Below are positions 56,797-64,000 of a DNA stretch of 64,000 bases, one piece after another; the first letter of the stretch is position 1, and every line of letters starts with the position of its first letter. The translations under genes were made by a program, and so were the position numbers. The notes under the pieces were generated by a model. That model saw only the letters and a list, made by a program, of their open reading frames with translations. It was not told where the DNA came from and did no database searches. The DNA is taken from sequence record OZ346212.1; one strand, 5' to 3'. This DNA is from a phage.

Positions 56797-57510
56797 TTAA
56801 ATATACTCTGTTACATCCTTGAAGCTCGAAGGCTTCATAATCTTACCTTTACTGTCAAGGAATATAATAACTTTATTACCGTTGTAGAACTCCTCTTTAG
56901 CAACGAAACCTTCGTAGCGACCACCAAAACGACGCTCAAGATCTTCAATCTCTAACTCTATGAGCAATTCAGTAGACATATCTGCACTGGCACCGTGAGA
57001 ATATCGTAGATGGTTGATCCGTGCAAACTTGCTGTCATTAGATTTGAGAACCTTCCGCATCATCCCACACACATCGCCGCGAAGCTGGAACAGCAAAGCT
57101 GTTGACAACTCCGCTAAGCGGTAAGCTGACGCTCTTTGCTTGGATGTGTTTTTCGCAGCGATCAGTGTATCATAGAACTCACCGATCTTGAACTTAAGAC
57201 CTCGTGGATTATCAAACAGGTTTGACCACTTTTCGTGATTATCATTAACAAGATAAGCGGCATAACTTGTGACAACGTGAAGATCGCAGGCCTCTTTTAG
57301 CAGGTGATCTCCACCATCACCTTTCTCCAGCTCTTCCAAAACCTCATTGAACTCTTCCTCAATGAAGCTAAGCTGTAATTCGAATGGTGTGTATGATTTT
57401 TTCACTTTAGCTGCCACACGGTTCCAGTTTTCCACCCAGTTGGCAGACCAAAGGTAGTTTTCAGGCTGAGACAGTTTTTCCAGGTTGTCGATCAGTTTAG
57501 TATTCAGCAT
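56797..57510 (-). CDS. hypothetical protein, possible MazG-like NTP pyrophosphohydrolase
   Basis: EEEFNEVLEELEKGD...LLKEACD; weak. Confidence 0.5.
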   Translation of the reverse strand: MLNTKLIDNLEKLSQPENYLWSANWVENWNRVAAKVKKSYTPFELQLSFIEEEFNEVLEELEKGDGGDHLLKEACDLHVVTSYAAYLVNDNHEKWSNLFDNPRGLKFKIGEFYDTLIAAKNTSKQRASAYRLAELSTALLFQLRGDVCGMMRKVLKSNDSKFARINHLRYSHGASADMSTELLIELEIEDLERRFGGRYEGFVAKEEFYNGNKVIIFLDSKGKIMKPSSFKDVTEYI

Positions 57511-57523
57511 TAAAGGTCTCCTT

Positions 57524-58285
57524 TTAAAGTTCCATAAAGTTTTCTACAGTTTCAATAAATGCTTTATCAGAGAAAGCGTCAACAGCACCGTTAAACCATA
57601 CAGGGATCCCGCGATCCTCATATTGATAAAGGTCGCTACGTGAAATGCCACTCCCATCTGCACTCTGCGAGTCATACTTGTTTACAATCAGCAGTTTTGT
57701 GCCTTTACAAGTAGCAGGAAACAATTCCCAGTTAAAATTAATAACTGTGTTAGAACAACCTACTAGGATCACCATATCATTGCTTGTGAGAGATGTCAAC
57801 AGGTCATACATGTCTGTATACTTAGGAGCAACCTCACCGAAGAACACTACATTGGGCTTAACCCAGGTATACTTGCCTGTATCTACCTCCGTGTATCCGA
57901 TATTTTTAATTACATCATTACCTTCAGCATCTTCGTAGGTGATTTCAGGCAAATACCCGTGGACATGTAAAATATCTTCATGTTTTACACCAGCACGCTC
58001 CAGCAAATCATCTACATTGGTGGTAAGGTTGATCACACGACCAGACCAGCGGGAATACCACTCAGCGATCCGAAGATGTGCAAGGTTAGGATCAACACTG
58101 CCCAGAGCTACACGACGTGCATTGTAAAAGTCATGCACCTTATAGTAGTTCTTGGCAAAGGTGTGGATGTTGCACACCTCATCGATGCTGAAATTCTCCC
58201 ACATTGCAGTGCTACCAGATCGGAAAGTGGGAATACCAGATTCAGCGCTCAAACCAGCACCGGAGATAATAATCAGTCGTCGCAT
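57524..58285 (-). CDS. Sir2-family (sirtuin-like) NAD-dependent protein
   Basis: N-terminal GAGLSAESGIPTFRSGSTAMW matches sirtuin GAGIS..SGIP.FR. Confidence 0.75.
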   Translation of the reverse strand: MRRLIIISGAGLSAESGIPTFRSGSTAMWENFSIDEVCNIHTFAKNYYKVHDFYNARRVALGSVDPNLAHLRIAEWYSRWSGRVINLTTNVDDLLERAGVKHEDILHVHGYLPEITYEDAEGNDVIKNIGYTEVDTGKYTWVKPNVVFFGEVAPKYTDMYDLLTSLTSNDMVILVGCSNTVINFNWELFPATCKGTKLLIVNKYDSQSADGSGISRSDLYQYEDRGIPVWFNGAVDAFSDKAFIETVENFMEL

Positions 58286-58293
58286 AAGTGTCC

Positions 58294-58644
58294 TCAGTAG
58301 ATGTTTTGTTTAATCTCTATTCCAAACTTCTTGAATGAGTCAGCAGCAAGCATAAATTTACGAGCTGCCGATGGATTAGAAGTATGCACGAAAATAATCA
58401 CGTTGTCAATAAGTGGTGGCTTTCCGAATACAAGTTTCTCCTCTAGCGCAGAGAAGCAGTCGTACCCTTCAAGCACTTCACCTAGATCATTGTCAAAATA
58501 CCACTCAGATACGCGTCTGTAGAGCTTTCTCTTATCATTAAGAAAATCCATAAACTCAGAAGAATTCTTTAGCCACAGAGCGTCTGGGAGTCCATAATCT
58601 GACGGATCTCTAAAATCATCAAGCCACACAATCCACTTCTTCAT
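58294..58644 (-). CDS. hypothetical protein
   Basis: ORF track. Confidence 0.5.
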   Translation of the reverse strand: MKKWIVWLDDFRDPSDYGLPDALWLKNSSEFMDFLNDKRKLYRRVSEWYFDNDLGEVLEGYDCFSALEEKLVFGKPPLIDNVIIFVHTSNPSAARKFMLAADSFKKFGIEIKQNIY

Positions 58645-59576
58645 TGCATATAGTCCTCGTTGTGGAAATAGTAGTCCAGTATCTCACGACGCTCCTGCTC
58701 TAATAAGCAATTCCACACATCTTCTGTATAGTTGCTACGAATAAATTTTACCATACCGTAAAACTCTTCGTCAACACGTTTAAAGATATCATCATCCCAA
58801 ATCTTCCAAGCTTTACCCCTCATTACTGCCTTCCGTGCCAGATAGTATGGAGACTTGATCTTCAGCTGCAGATCATAAGGGTAGTAAGGCTTACGAATCA
58901 TATACCCTTCACCTCTTGTTTCTGCAGCTAATTCTTTTGCATAGCTGAACGGAATTTCACGCACAGTGTTAGGACGTTTTGCACCAAGGTATTTGGCAAT
59001 CCCATCTAAAGCTGCTTCTGGTAGCATTATTCCAGAATCATTATATCTGCAACCTATCAAATATGCGCCATGGTCTTCTTGAACAATATGCGGATCTGAA
59101 GGGTGACAAATTTCAAACATGAATGTCATGTTTTCATTGCCCATAACCTTCTTGATAAGATCTAAATTACCACATTGCTCTTGGATGGTTTCCTTTGCAA
59201 GGTTACAATATGGAGAATCAAGAGACCCGGTTGTTGAGAACAATAGGTCACCTTTATGAGATGATACCACACCAAGGAATCCGTTCTTTTTCTCTACCGC
59301 AGTCACAAGCTTATTGTCAGGCAGGTTGGTGGAGTTTTCTCCCAAGTTAAACACTTTTGTGAAGGGCCATGCCACAACATTTCCTTCATTACCTACAACA
59401 ATGCCTCGGCACTCCAGTAAACGAGGGGACAAATGCCATAAATTGTTGTAAAATACTTTTCTAGCATATTTATAGATCTTTAACCCGAGATCTGGGTAAT
59501 ACCTACTGGTTACAAGACCTTTGTCAACTAGGTCGTCTGCATTAAAATACTTCATTATATGTTCCTCATTTGTCAT
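58641..59576 (-). CDS. RNA ligase (nucleotidyltransferase superfamily)
   Basis: Motif I VEKKNGF (KxNG), motif IV EGYMIRK, motif V LKIKSPYY; alternative start at 59555 has the better RBS. Confidence 0.6.
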   Translation of the reverse strand: MTNEEHIMKYFNADDLVDKGLVTSRYYPDLGLKIYKYARKVFYNNLWHLSPRLLECRGIVVGNEGNVVAWPFTKVFNLGENSTNLPDNKLVTAVEKKNGFLGVVSSHKGDLLFSTTGSLDSPYCNLAKETIQEQCGNLDLIKKVMGNENMTFMFEICHPSDPHIVQEDHGAYLIGCRYNDSGIMLPEAALDGIAKYLGAKRPNTVREIPFSYAKELAAETRGEGYMIRKPYYPYDLQLKIKSPYYLARKAVMRGKAWKIWDDDIFKRVDEEFYGMVKFIRSNYTEDVWNCLLEQERREILDYYFHNEDYMQ

Positions 59577-59619
59577 TTTGTCAGTCTATCCTGCCACACA
59601 AATAACCTAGTGTCAACAC

Positions 59620-59648
59620 TTGAAATTAACAAAACAGTTAGGTATACT
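59620..59648 (+). promoter_or_regulatory. sigma70-like promoter (TTGAAA-N17-TATACT)
   Basis: In the divergent intergenic region. Confidence 0.5.
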
Positions 59649-59676
59649 ACCGTTGAAATTAAAACGGAGGGTCGCT

Positions 59677-60087
59677 ATGTCTAAAATGCTATATATCGTG
59701 CGTGGTCTACCAGGGTCTGGCAAATCAACACTGGCAAATGAGCTATCTTTAGAGGGTCTGTATCCACATTTTGAGAACGACATGTTCTGGTATGACGATG
59801 ACGGCAATTACAACTGGGATGCAAGTAAAGTAACACTCGCAGCAAAATGGTGCAAAGATAACGTAGAAGATATGATGCGTATGGGATACGACCGTATCGT
59901 GGTAAGTAATACGTTTACAAAAGAAAAACATGTGCAGGAATATGTTGACATGGCAATCACTCACGGGTATAGTTATACCGTGATCGTGGTTGAAAACCGC
60001 CACGGTAATAAAAGCATTCATGATGTTCCAGACAAGGTTGTGGATCGTATGGAACGCCAGCTTAAAAACTGCATTAAACTTAAATGA
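59677..60087 (+). CDS. polynucleotide kinase-like P-loop kinase
   Basis: MLYIVRGLPGSGKSTLA (cf. T4 Pnk GCPGSGKST); start moved to ATG 59677 after RBS ACGGAGGG. Confidence 0.65.
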   Translation: MSKMLYIVRGLPGSGKSTLANELSLEGLYPHFENDMFWYDDDGNYNWDASKVTLAAKWCKDNVEDMMRMGYDRIVVSNTFTKEKHVQEYVDMAITHGYSYTVIVVENRHGNKSIHDVPDKVVDRMERQLKNCIKLK

Positions 60088-60094
60088 GGAATGT

Positions 60095-60649
60095 ATGAAA
60101 TACTTTGTAACAAGCGACACACACTTTCTCCACCAGCGGGTCATGGAGTTTGATTCATGTCAAAAACACAGATCTCAGTATGATCACAATCTTGACAGTA
60201 TGAATGCAGGAATCATCGCCGAGTGGAACTCTGTTGTGTCACCTGCAGACACTGTGTTCCACTTGGGAGATATTGCGTGCACTAATGATAAGAATATCAA
60301 CAACTTACTTCCAGATATTCTAAATATGTTGAACGGACATATTATTCTTGTTCGTGGCAACCATGACACAAGGACGACTGTCAGAATTATGAAAGAGTTC
60401 GGTCATGAGGTTGTAGATTATTACGAGCTTCGCCACAACAAGAATTTGATCTGTATGAGCCATTACCAGTTTGCAAAGTGGAACAGAAAGCCTCACGGAT
60501 CAGTCCAACTGTTCGGTCATGCTCACGGAACCACACAACAGTTGTTTGGCAGGCAGCTTGATGTCGGTTGGGATGTGTGGGGGAGACTCTTACCATTAGA
60601 AGAGGCATACCGTATTGCAATGAGTTTTGATATTGACAGCAGGGAGTAA
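60095..60649 (+). CDS. calcineurin-like metallophosphoesterase
   Basis: DTHF, GDIACT, VRGNHD, GHAHG motifs; start moved to ATG 60095. Confidence 0.8.
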   Translation: MKYFVTSDTHFLHQRVMEFDSCQKHRSQYDHNLDSMNAGIIAEWNSVVSPADTVFHLGDIACTNDKNINNLLPDILNMLNGHIILVRGNHDTRTTVRIMKEFGHEVVDYYELRHNKNLICMSHYQFAKWNRKPHGSVQLFGHAHGTTQQLFGRQLDVGWDVWGRLLPLEEAYRIAMSFDIDSRE

Positions 60650-60696
60650 TCCCTGCTATTTTAAAGAAAATTGCCACACAAGGAGAATCAGGAGAT

Positions 60697-61047
60697 ATGA
60701 AAGATGGGGATAAGCTGCTATATCTTAAAGTCCCCCTTGAAATACTATCTATGTCAAAAGTTTTGAATGACACAACTGGGGAGGTTGTTGTTCTTGACTT
60801 GTATGACAAGATCGTATACTGCTACCTGCACAACTGGTATAAGCTTGGAGGAAATTCACGCTTCACACCAAGCACAAGGAAAATTGCAGCAGATGTTGGG
60901 ATAAAGAAAACAAAAGCAGCAGCGTGCGTTAAAACTTTAGAATGTGCAGGAGTGGTTGAAACATCCACACAAGGGAGAGGTAAAAGATGCACATTTTCCA
61001 AAGTTTTGCCACCAGAAGAAGTTATTCGGATGTCAACAACTGGTTAG
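60697..61047 (+). CDS. HTH DNA-binding protein (possible initiator/regulator)
   Basis: RBS AAGGAGA; helix-turn-helix-like STRKIAADVGIKKTKAAACVKTLECAGVVE. Confidence 0.5.
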   Translation: MKDGDKLLYLKVPLEILSMSKVLNDTTGEVVVLDLYDKIVYCYLHNWYKLGGNSRFTPSTRKIAADVGIKKTKAAACVKTLECAGVVETSTQGRGKRCTFSKVLPPEEVIRMSTTG

Positions 61048-61122
61048 ACCAGTAAAAACTTAAATATCTGTACTATAAGGATTCGTATGTTTTATGTTCG
61101 CCATGGAACGGATACTATTAAC

Positions 61123-61203
61123 TGTCCGTGATACGGACACTACTGTCCGTCACGCGGACACATCTGCCCGTAATACGGACACTAACTGTCCGTGATACGG
61201 ACA
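61123..61203. promoter_or_regulatory. array of four 17-bp palindromic sites (TGTCCGTgatACGGACA) at 21-22 bp phasing
   Basis: Sites at 61123, 61144, 61165, 61187; followed by a ~120-bp AT-rich tract. Confidence 0.65.
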
Positions 61204-61329
61204 CATAAAGAATATAACTAAAATAACTAAATAATAAAAAATAAAAGATCTAGTACTTATGGTACTAAGTACATATACTTAACTTATGTAGAATATACTA
61301 GATCCTAAGTACCATGTTTTAAATTTATT

Positions 61330-61600
61330 ACTTACTATGGGCAGTGTCGGCCCTTCATTGGCACTCGCCTACGAGGGGGCGAGATGCCGGGCCTCCTTGG
61401 CGCACACAATAACAGAAGTTCATACATGCAGGTCTGTTAACATGTGTGGGAGCGAAGCGATAGCGCAGGCCAAAGGCCGAGCACTGATGTGGACCACCGA
61501 CGAAAGCTTGCCAGCGCCGTAAGGAGTCGGTTGAGAGTCTCCCGCGCGAGCTTGGATGAAGTTTATGTGTGGAAACTGACAAGAAGGCCCCTAAATCGCT
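61330..61600. ncRNA. GC-rich island, candidate structured RNA
   Basis: Local GC jump; only overlapping both-strand ORFs without RBS; several short hairpins. Confidence 0.25.
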
Positions 61601-61708
61601 CCACAGCTATATAAACTATACCAGGTAATGCAATCGCACCAGTTTGATAGAAAAGCTCGTTACAAAGCGATACAGTGAGTTTTTCTATAACTTGAAGAGG
61701 AGGCAGCT

Positions 61709-62287
61709 ATGGGTTCACGCAAAGATGACCGTGAAAAGATTGCAAAACGTTATCAGAATGAAGAACAGATGGAGAAAACTTTCAAGTGGAAGCCAGGTTT
61801 CCAGCGTAATCATTCTAACGCTCGTGATCGTAAGCATCCGGATAAGTGGCTAACACCGCCAAATGATGGCATGCAGGTTGGGGATGAGAAGGAGATGTCG
61901 CCTGGAAAAGATGGCAACTACATTCGCACTAAGGACGCTGGTCCAAAGGATGACAGCTATCTTGTAGATAAGGTTCTTGATGGTATCAATGTAGATGTTG
62001 ACACTGCACGAAACCTTTTTCTTGGGTGGTATCGCACAGGTTTTTTCGACATCAAGGCTATTCGTCGTGTTTGTGATATTAAAAAGTCTGCATATGATGA
62101 CGACTCGTTACATCGCACCCTGAGACAATATTCAGAAAGATATGGTCATCCGGTTATCACTCTTGACGATGTTAACGAAGTGATGTATCATGCAGAGGTT
62201 GTTGCAGGAAGATTCGGTGATGCATATCTTGATATCCTTTCTGCAAAGGATGAGGTAATGTTAAATAAGATTTACTATGAACGCTGA
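61709..62287 (+). CDS. hypothetical protein
   Basis: Strong RBS AGAGGAGG. Confidence 0.55.
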   Translation: MGSRKDDREKIAKRYQNEEQMEKTFKWKPGFQRNHSNARDRKHPDKWLTPPNDGMQVGDEKEMSPGKDGNYIRTKDAGPKDDSYLVDKVLDGINVDVDTARNLFLGWYRTGFFDIKAIRRVCDIKKSAYDDDSLHRTLRQYSERYGHPVITLDDVNEVMYHAEVVAGRFGDAYLDILSAKDEVMLNKIYYER

Positions 62288-62297
62288 GGAGCGCTTA

Positions 62298-62486
62298 ATG
62301 AACAACCCGGTAGCAAAGAACTGTAATAAGTTCAACAAGTCTGCAATTCACACTGACAGGAAAAAGAGCTGGTCTCCTGACATTGACGAGGAGCTTGAGA
62401 GTTACTTTGAAGACCTGGTCACTAATGCAGATGAGGTTGCGATTAAAGAATACGCAGACAGGAAGGATAAGGCCGGAATCTGTTGA
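62298..62486 (+). CDS. hypothetical protein
   Basis: Start moved to ATG 62298 after RBS GAGGAG. Confidence 0.45.
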   Translation: MNNPVAKNCNKFNKSAIHTDRKKSWSPDIDEELESYFEDLVTNADEVAIKEYADRKDKAGIC

Positions 62487-62511
62487 CAAAAATAGTGTTA
62501 CCTGATAAGAT
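62483..62511 (+). promoter_or_regulatory. sigma70-like promoter (TTGACA-N17-TAAGAT)
   Basis: Read from sequence. Confidence 0.5.
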
Positions 62512-62562
62512 CTGCAATATGATGTGATGCAATTTTAACTTACGAGGTCTACAGGTAATGCT

Positions 62563-62805
62563 ATGTTTAAGGTTAAGCTCGTTTTTCGTTCCATGAATGA
62601 GGATTATTTAGAAGATGAAGGTGAATTTCGTGCACTGGATGATGCAATAGATTTTGCCAACGACTTAGCTTGTATGAATACGGGTTATGGGCTATGCTGT
62701 TGGGATGGTGGTGTTCAGATCGGTGATAGCAAGATCTTCTACTTCTACCCTGAGCCTGATAACAAACAAATTAAGTATGTTTTATTTATTTGTGCTTTAC
62801 AATGA
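62563..62805 (+). CDS. hypothetical protein
   Basis: ORF track. Confidence 0.45.
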   Translation: MFKVKLVFRSMNEDYLEDEGEFRALDDAIDFANDLACMNTGYGLCCWDGGVQIGDSKIFYFYPEPDNKQIKYVLFICALQ

Positions 62806-62829
62806 GGTTGTTTTCGTGTATCATGATGA

Positions 62830-63092
62830 ATATCCAATTTAAAGATGAATTTGATGGCTTTATCTCCGGATGCTTTGAAACAGGGTTCGGAGAAGGCTGA
62901 GTTCCCCTTAGAGGGCTTGATAGTGCACCACACTTAAAATGGTAGGGGCAGCCAGCACATGACGATGTGACCCCAGCCAACCTGTAATAAGGTCGAGCCA
63001 AAGTGCGGTAATGGGCTCTGGTAACCCACTTGTTGGGTCTTGCTGGTCCAGGACGCTGGACAAGTCGCAGGGAATACCACCCTGCGGCGAAC
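62830..63092. ncRNA. GC-rich island, candidate structured RNA
   Basis: GC-rich, overlapping short ORFs on both strands, no RBS. Confidence 0.2.
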
Positions 63093-63121
63093 TTGACAAT
63101 CAGTATTTGCTATGATAAAAT
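63093..63121 (+). promoter_or_regulatory. sigma70-like promoter (TTGACA-N17-TAAAAT)
   Basis: Read from sequence. Confidence 0.55.
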
Positions 63122-63149
63122 CCACCTATCACGTGATAATGGAGGAAAC

Positions 63150-63488
63150 ATGGCGGATACAACTAAAAAGCGTCGCCGTAGAGGCAGACCTCTGAAAGAG
63201 GAGTCCAACGCCATTCAGCTAGAGAAGAACATCCTTGATATGAAGGAATCTTTTATAGCGATGGTTCCAGAAGCTCACAAAGTTTTAAGAGAGCTGATGT
63301 TGGACCCGAAAACCAAACAAAATATTCGTCAAAGCATTGCAGAGTATGTTCTTGATAAGGCAGACCGAATGCAGGAAGAATATGATGAGATGTTTGGTGA
63401 AGAGGAAGAGGTGGTAGTAGAAGAGGCTGAAAAACCAGCACCTTTTATGCCATTCACCACAGAAATACAGCCTGTTGGCAATAGTTAA
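63150..63488 (+). CDS. hypothetical protein with basic N-terminus
   Basis: Start moved to ATG 63150 after RBS GGAGGA; KKRRRRGRP then acidic tail. Confidence 0.5.
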   Translation: MADTTKKRRRRGRPLKEESNAIQLEKNILDMKESFIAMVPEAHKVLRELMLDPKTKQNIRQSIAEYVLDKADRMQEEYDEMFGEEEEVVVEEAEKPAPFMPFTTEIQPVGNS

Positions 63489-63497
63489 AATATTTTC

Positions 63498-63526
63498 TTG
63501 ACAAACTTTGCTTAACAGTGTAATAT
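63498..63526 (+). promoter_or_regulatory. sigma70-like promoter for tRNA cluster (TTGACA-N17-TAATAT)
   Basis: Read from sequence. Confidence 0.55.
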
Positions 63527-63584
63527 TGTAAACATGGTCTCCCACCTTTTCTGGCGGCTAAGGTGTAAAAGAAAGCCACCCAGT

Positions 63585-63659
63585 GCCCTGTTAGCTTAGT
63601 GGATAAAGCAGCGGCCTTCTAAGCCGTTGACACTGGTTCGAGTCCAGTACGGGGTGCCA
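63585..63659 (+). tRNA. tRNA-Arg (anticodon TCT)
   Basis: Cloverleaf folded by hand: acceptor GCCCTGT/ACGGGGT, D-stem GCTT/AAGC, anticodon loop CTTCTAA, T-loop TTCGAGT, encoded CCA. Confidence 0.8.
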
Positions 63660-63663
63660 AATT

Positions 63664-63750
63664 GGGGAGTTATCCCGTAGAGGTAGCGGTGTAGACTGTA
63701 AATCTATTGTCATTGCGACTCGGGTGGTTCGACTCCACCACTCCCCACCA
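63664..63750 (+). tRNA. tRNA-Tyr (anticodon GTA)
   Basis: Acceptor GGGGAGT/ACTCCCC, anticodon loop CTGTAAA, long variable arm, T-loop TTCGACT, encoded CCA. Confidence 0.8.
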
Positions 63751-63864
63751 AATTTATATTTTTAGATGCATAAATAATACAGATAATGGCATTGATATTT
63801 ATCGTCGTTTATACTAGTCACTAACTGCTCGAAAATCAGTGTCATTATCAGTATTATTTATAAA

Positions 63865-63955
63865 GGAGGGTAGGGAGCAATGGTGCTCAATCGGTCTTGA
63901 AAACCGTCCCGTTGAGGATGACTCGATGATGGTTCGATTCCATTACTCTCCGCCA
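63865..63955 (+). tRNA. tRNA-Ser (anticodon TGA)
   Basis: Acceptor GGAGGGT/ACTCTCC, anticodon loop CTTGAAA, long variable arm, T-loop TTCGATT, encoded CCA. Confidence 0.7.
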
Positions 63956-64000
63956 CATTGTTGACCTTGTAATTAAGCGAAAGTCGGAAGCAGAACCGGA

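Noticed and set aside
59620-59676. Track start at 59620 for the kinase ORF
   Set aside because: That stretch holds the promoter (TTGAAA-N17-TATACT); ATG 59677 follows an SD and begins the P-loop protein.
61123-61203. Possible CRISPR-like repeat array
   Set aside because: Repeats are 17-bp perfect palindromes at 21-bp phasing with 4-5 bp spacers, not 28-37 bp repeats with unique spacers; an operator or iteron array fits better.
61330-61600. tRNA or tmRNA inside the GC-rich island
   Set aside because: No acceptor/T-arm pairing or GGTTCGA-type T-loop could be found; kept only as an unclassified structured-RNA candidate.
1-64000. Integrase, excisionase or CI-like repressor (temperate module)
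   Set aside because: None recognised. The HTH protein at 60697 is next to an iteron-like array rather than a lysogeny switch, and the gene content is that of a virulent phage.

Overview
This 64-kb window reads as the central early / DNA-metabolism region of a large virulent tailed phage of an enterobacterial-type host. The evidence is the dense set of E. coli-like sigma70 promoters and SD sites, a lambda-R-type endolysin, and the absence of any integrase or repressor module. Gene content is reminiscent of FelixO1-/T5-/rV5-like phages, but that is inference only. Layout: (i) 1-13.1 kb, plus strand: replication module with a T7-gp4-like primase-helicase (5' end outside the window), a family A DNA polymerase interrupted by a group I intron carrying an HNH homing endonuclease, many small ORFs with consensus promoters, an SSB with a DDDIPF tail, and a macrodomain protein. 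(ii) 13.1-14.3 kb: repeat-rich non-coding region. (iii) 14.3-20.9 kb, plus strand: about 18 small early genes, each with its own promoter, a conserved GC-hairpin leader and intrinsic terminators. (iv) 20.9-21.9 kb: non-coding dyad-symmetry region. (v) 21.9-59.6 kb, minus strand: long array of small paralogous proteins, an HPF homolog, ClpP-like protease, PhoH, two DNA methyltransferases, nrdG, an intron-split nrdD, glutaredoxin, nrdB, nrdA, ThyX, HAD nucleotidase, dNMP kinase, exonucleases, RuvC-like resolvase, 5'-3' exonuclease, endolysin, ATP-dependent DNA ligase, Sir2-like protein and RNA ligase. (vi) 59.6-64 kb, plus strand: PNK-like kinase, metallophosphoesterase, an HTH protein followed by a four-site palindromic array plus AT-rich tract (ori-/operator-like), two GC-rich islands, and a tRNA cluster (Arg-TCT, Tyr-GTA, Ser-TGA). 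All product calls come from motif recognition by eye; no database search was possible. Start codons are approximate unless I state that I checked them. The most unusual items are the two group I introns, the phage HPF, the RNA-repair cassette with adjacent Sir2, and the ori-like iteron array.
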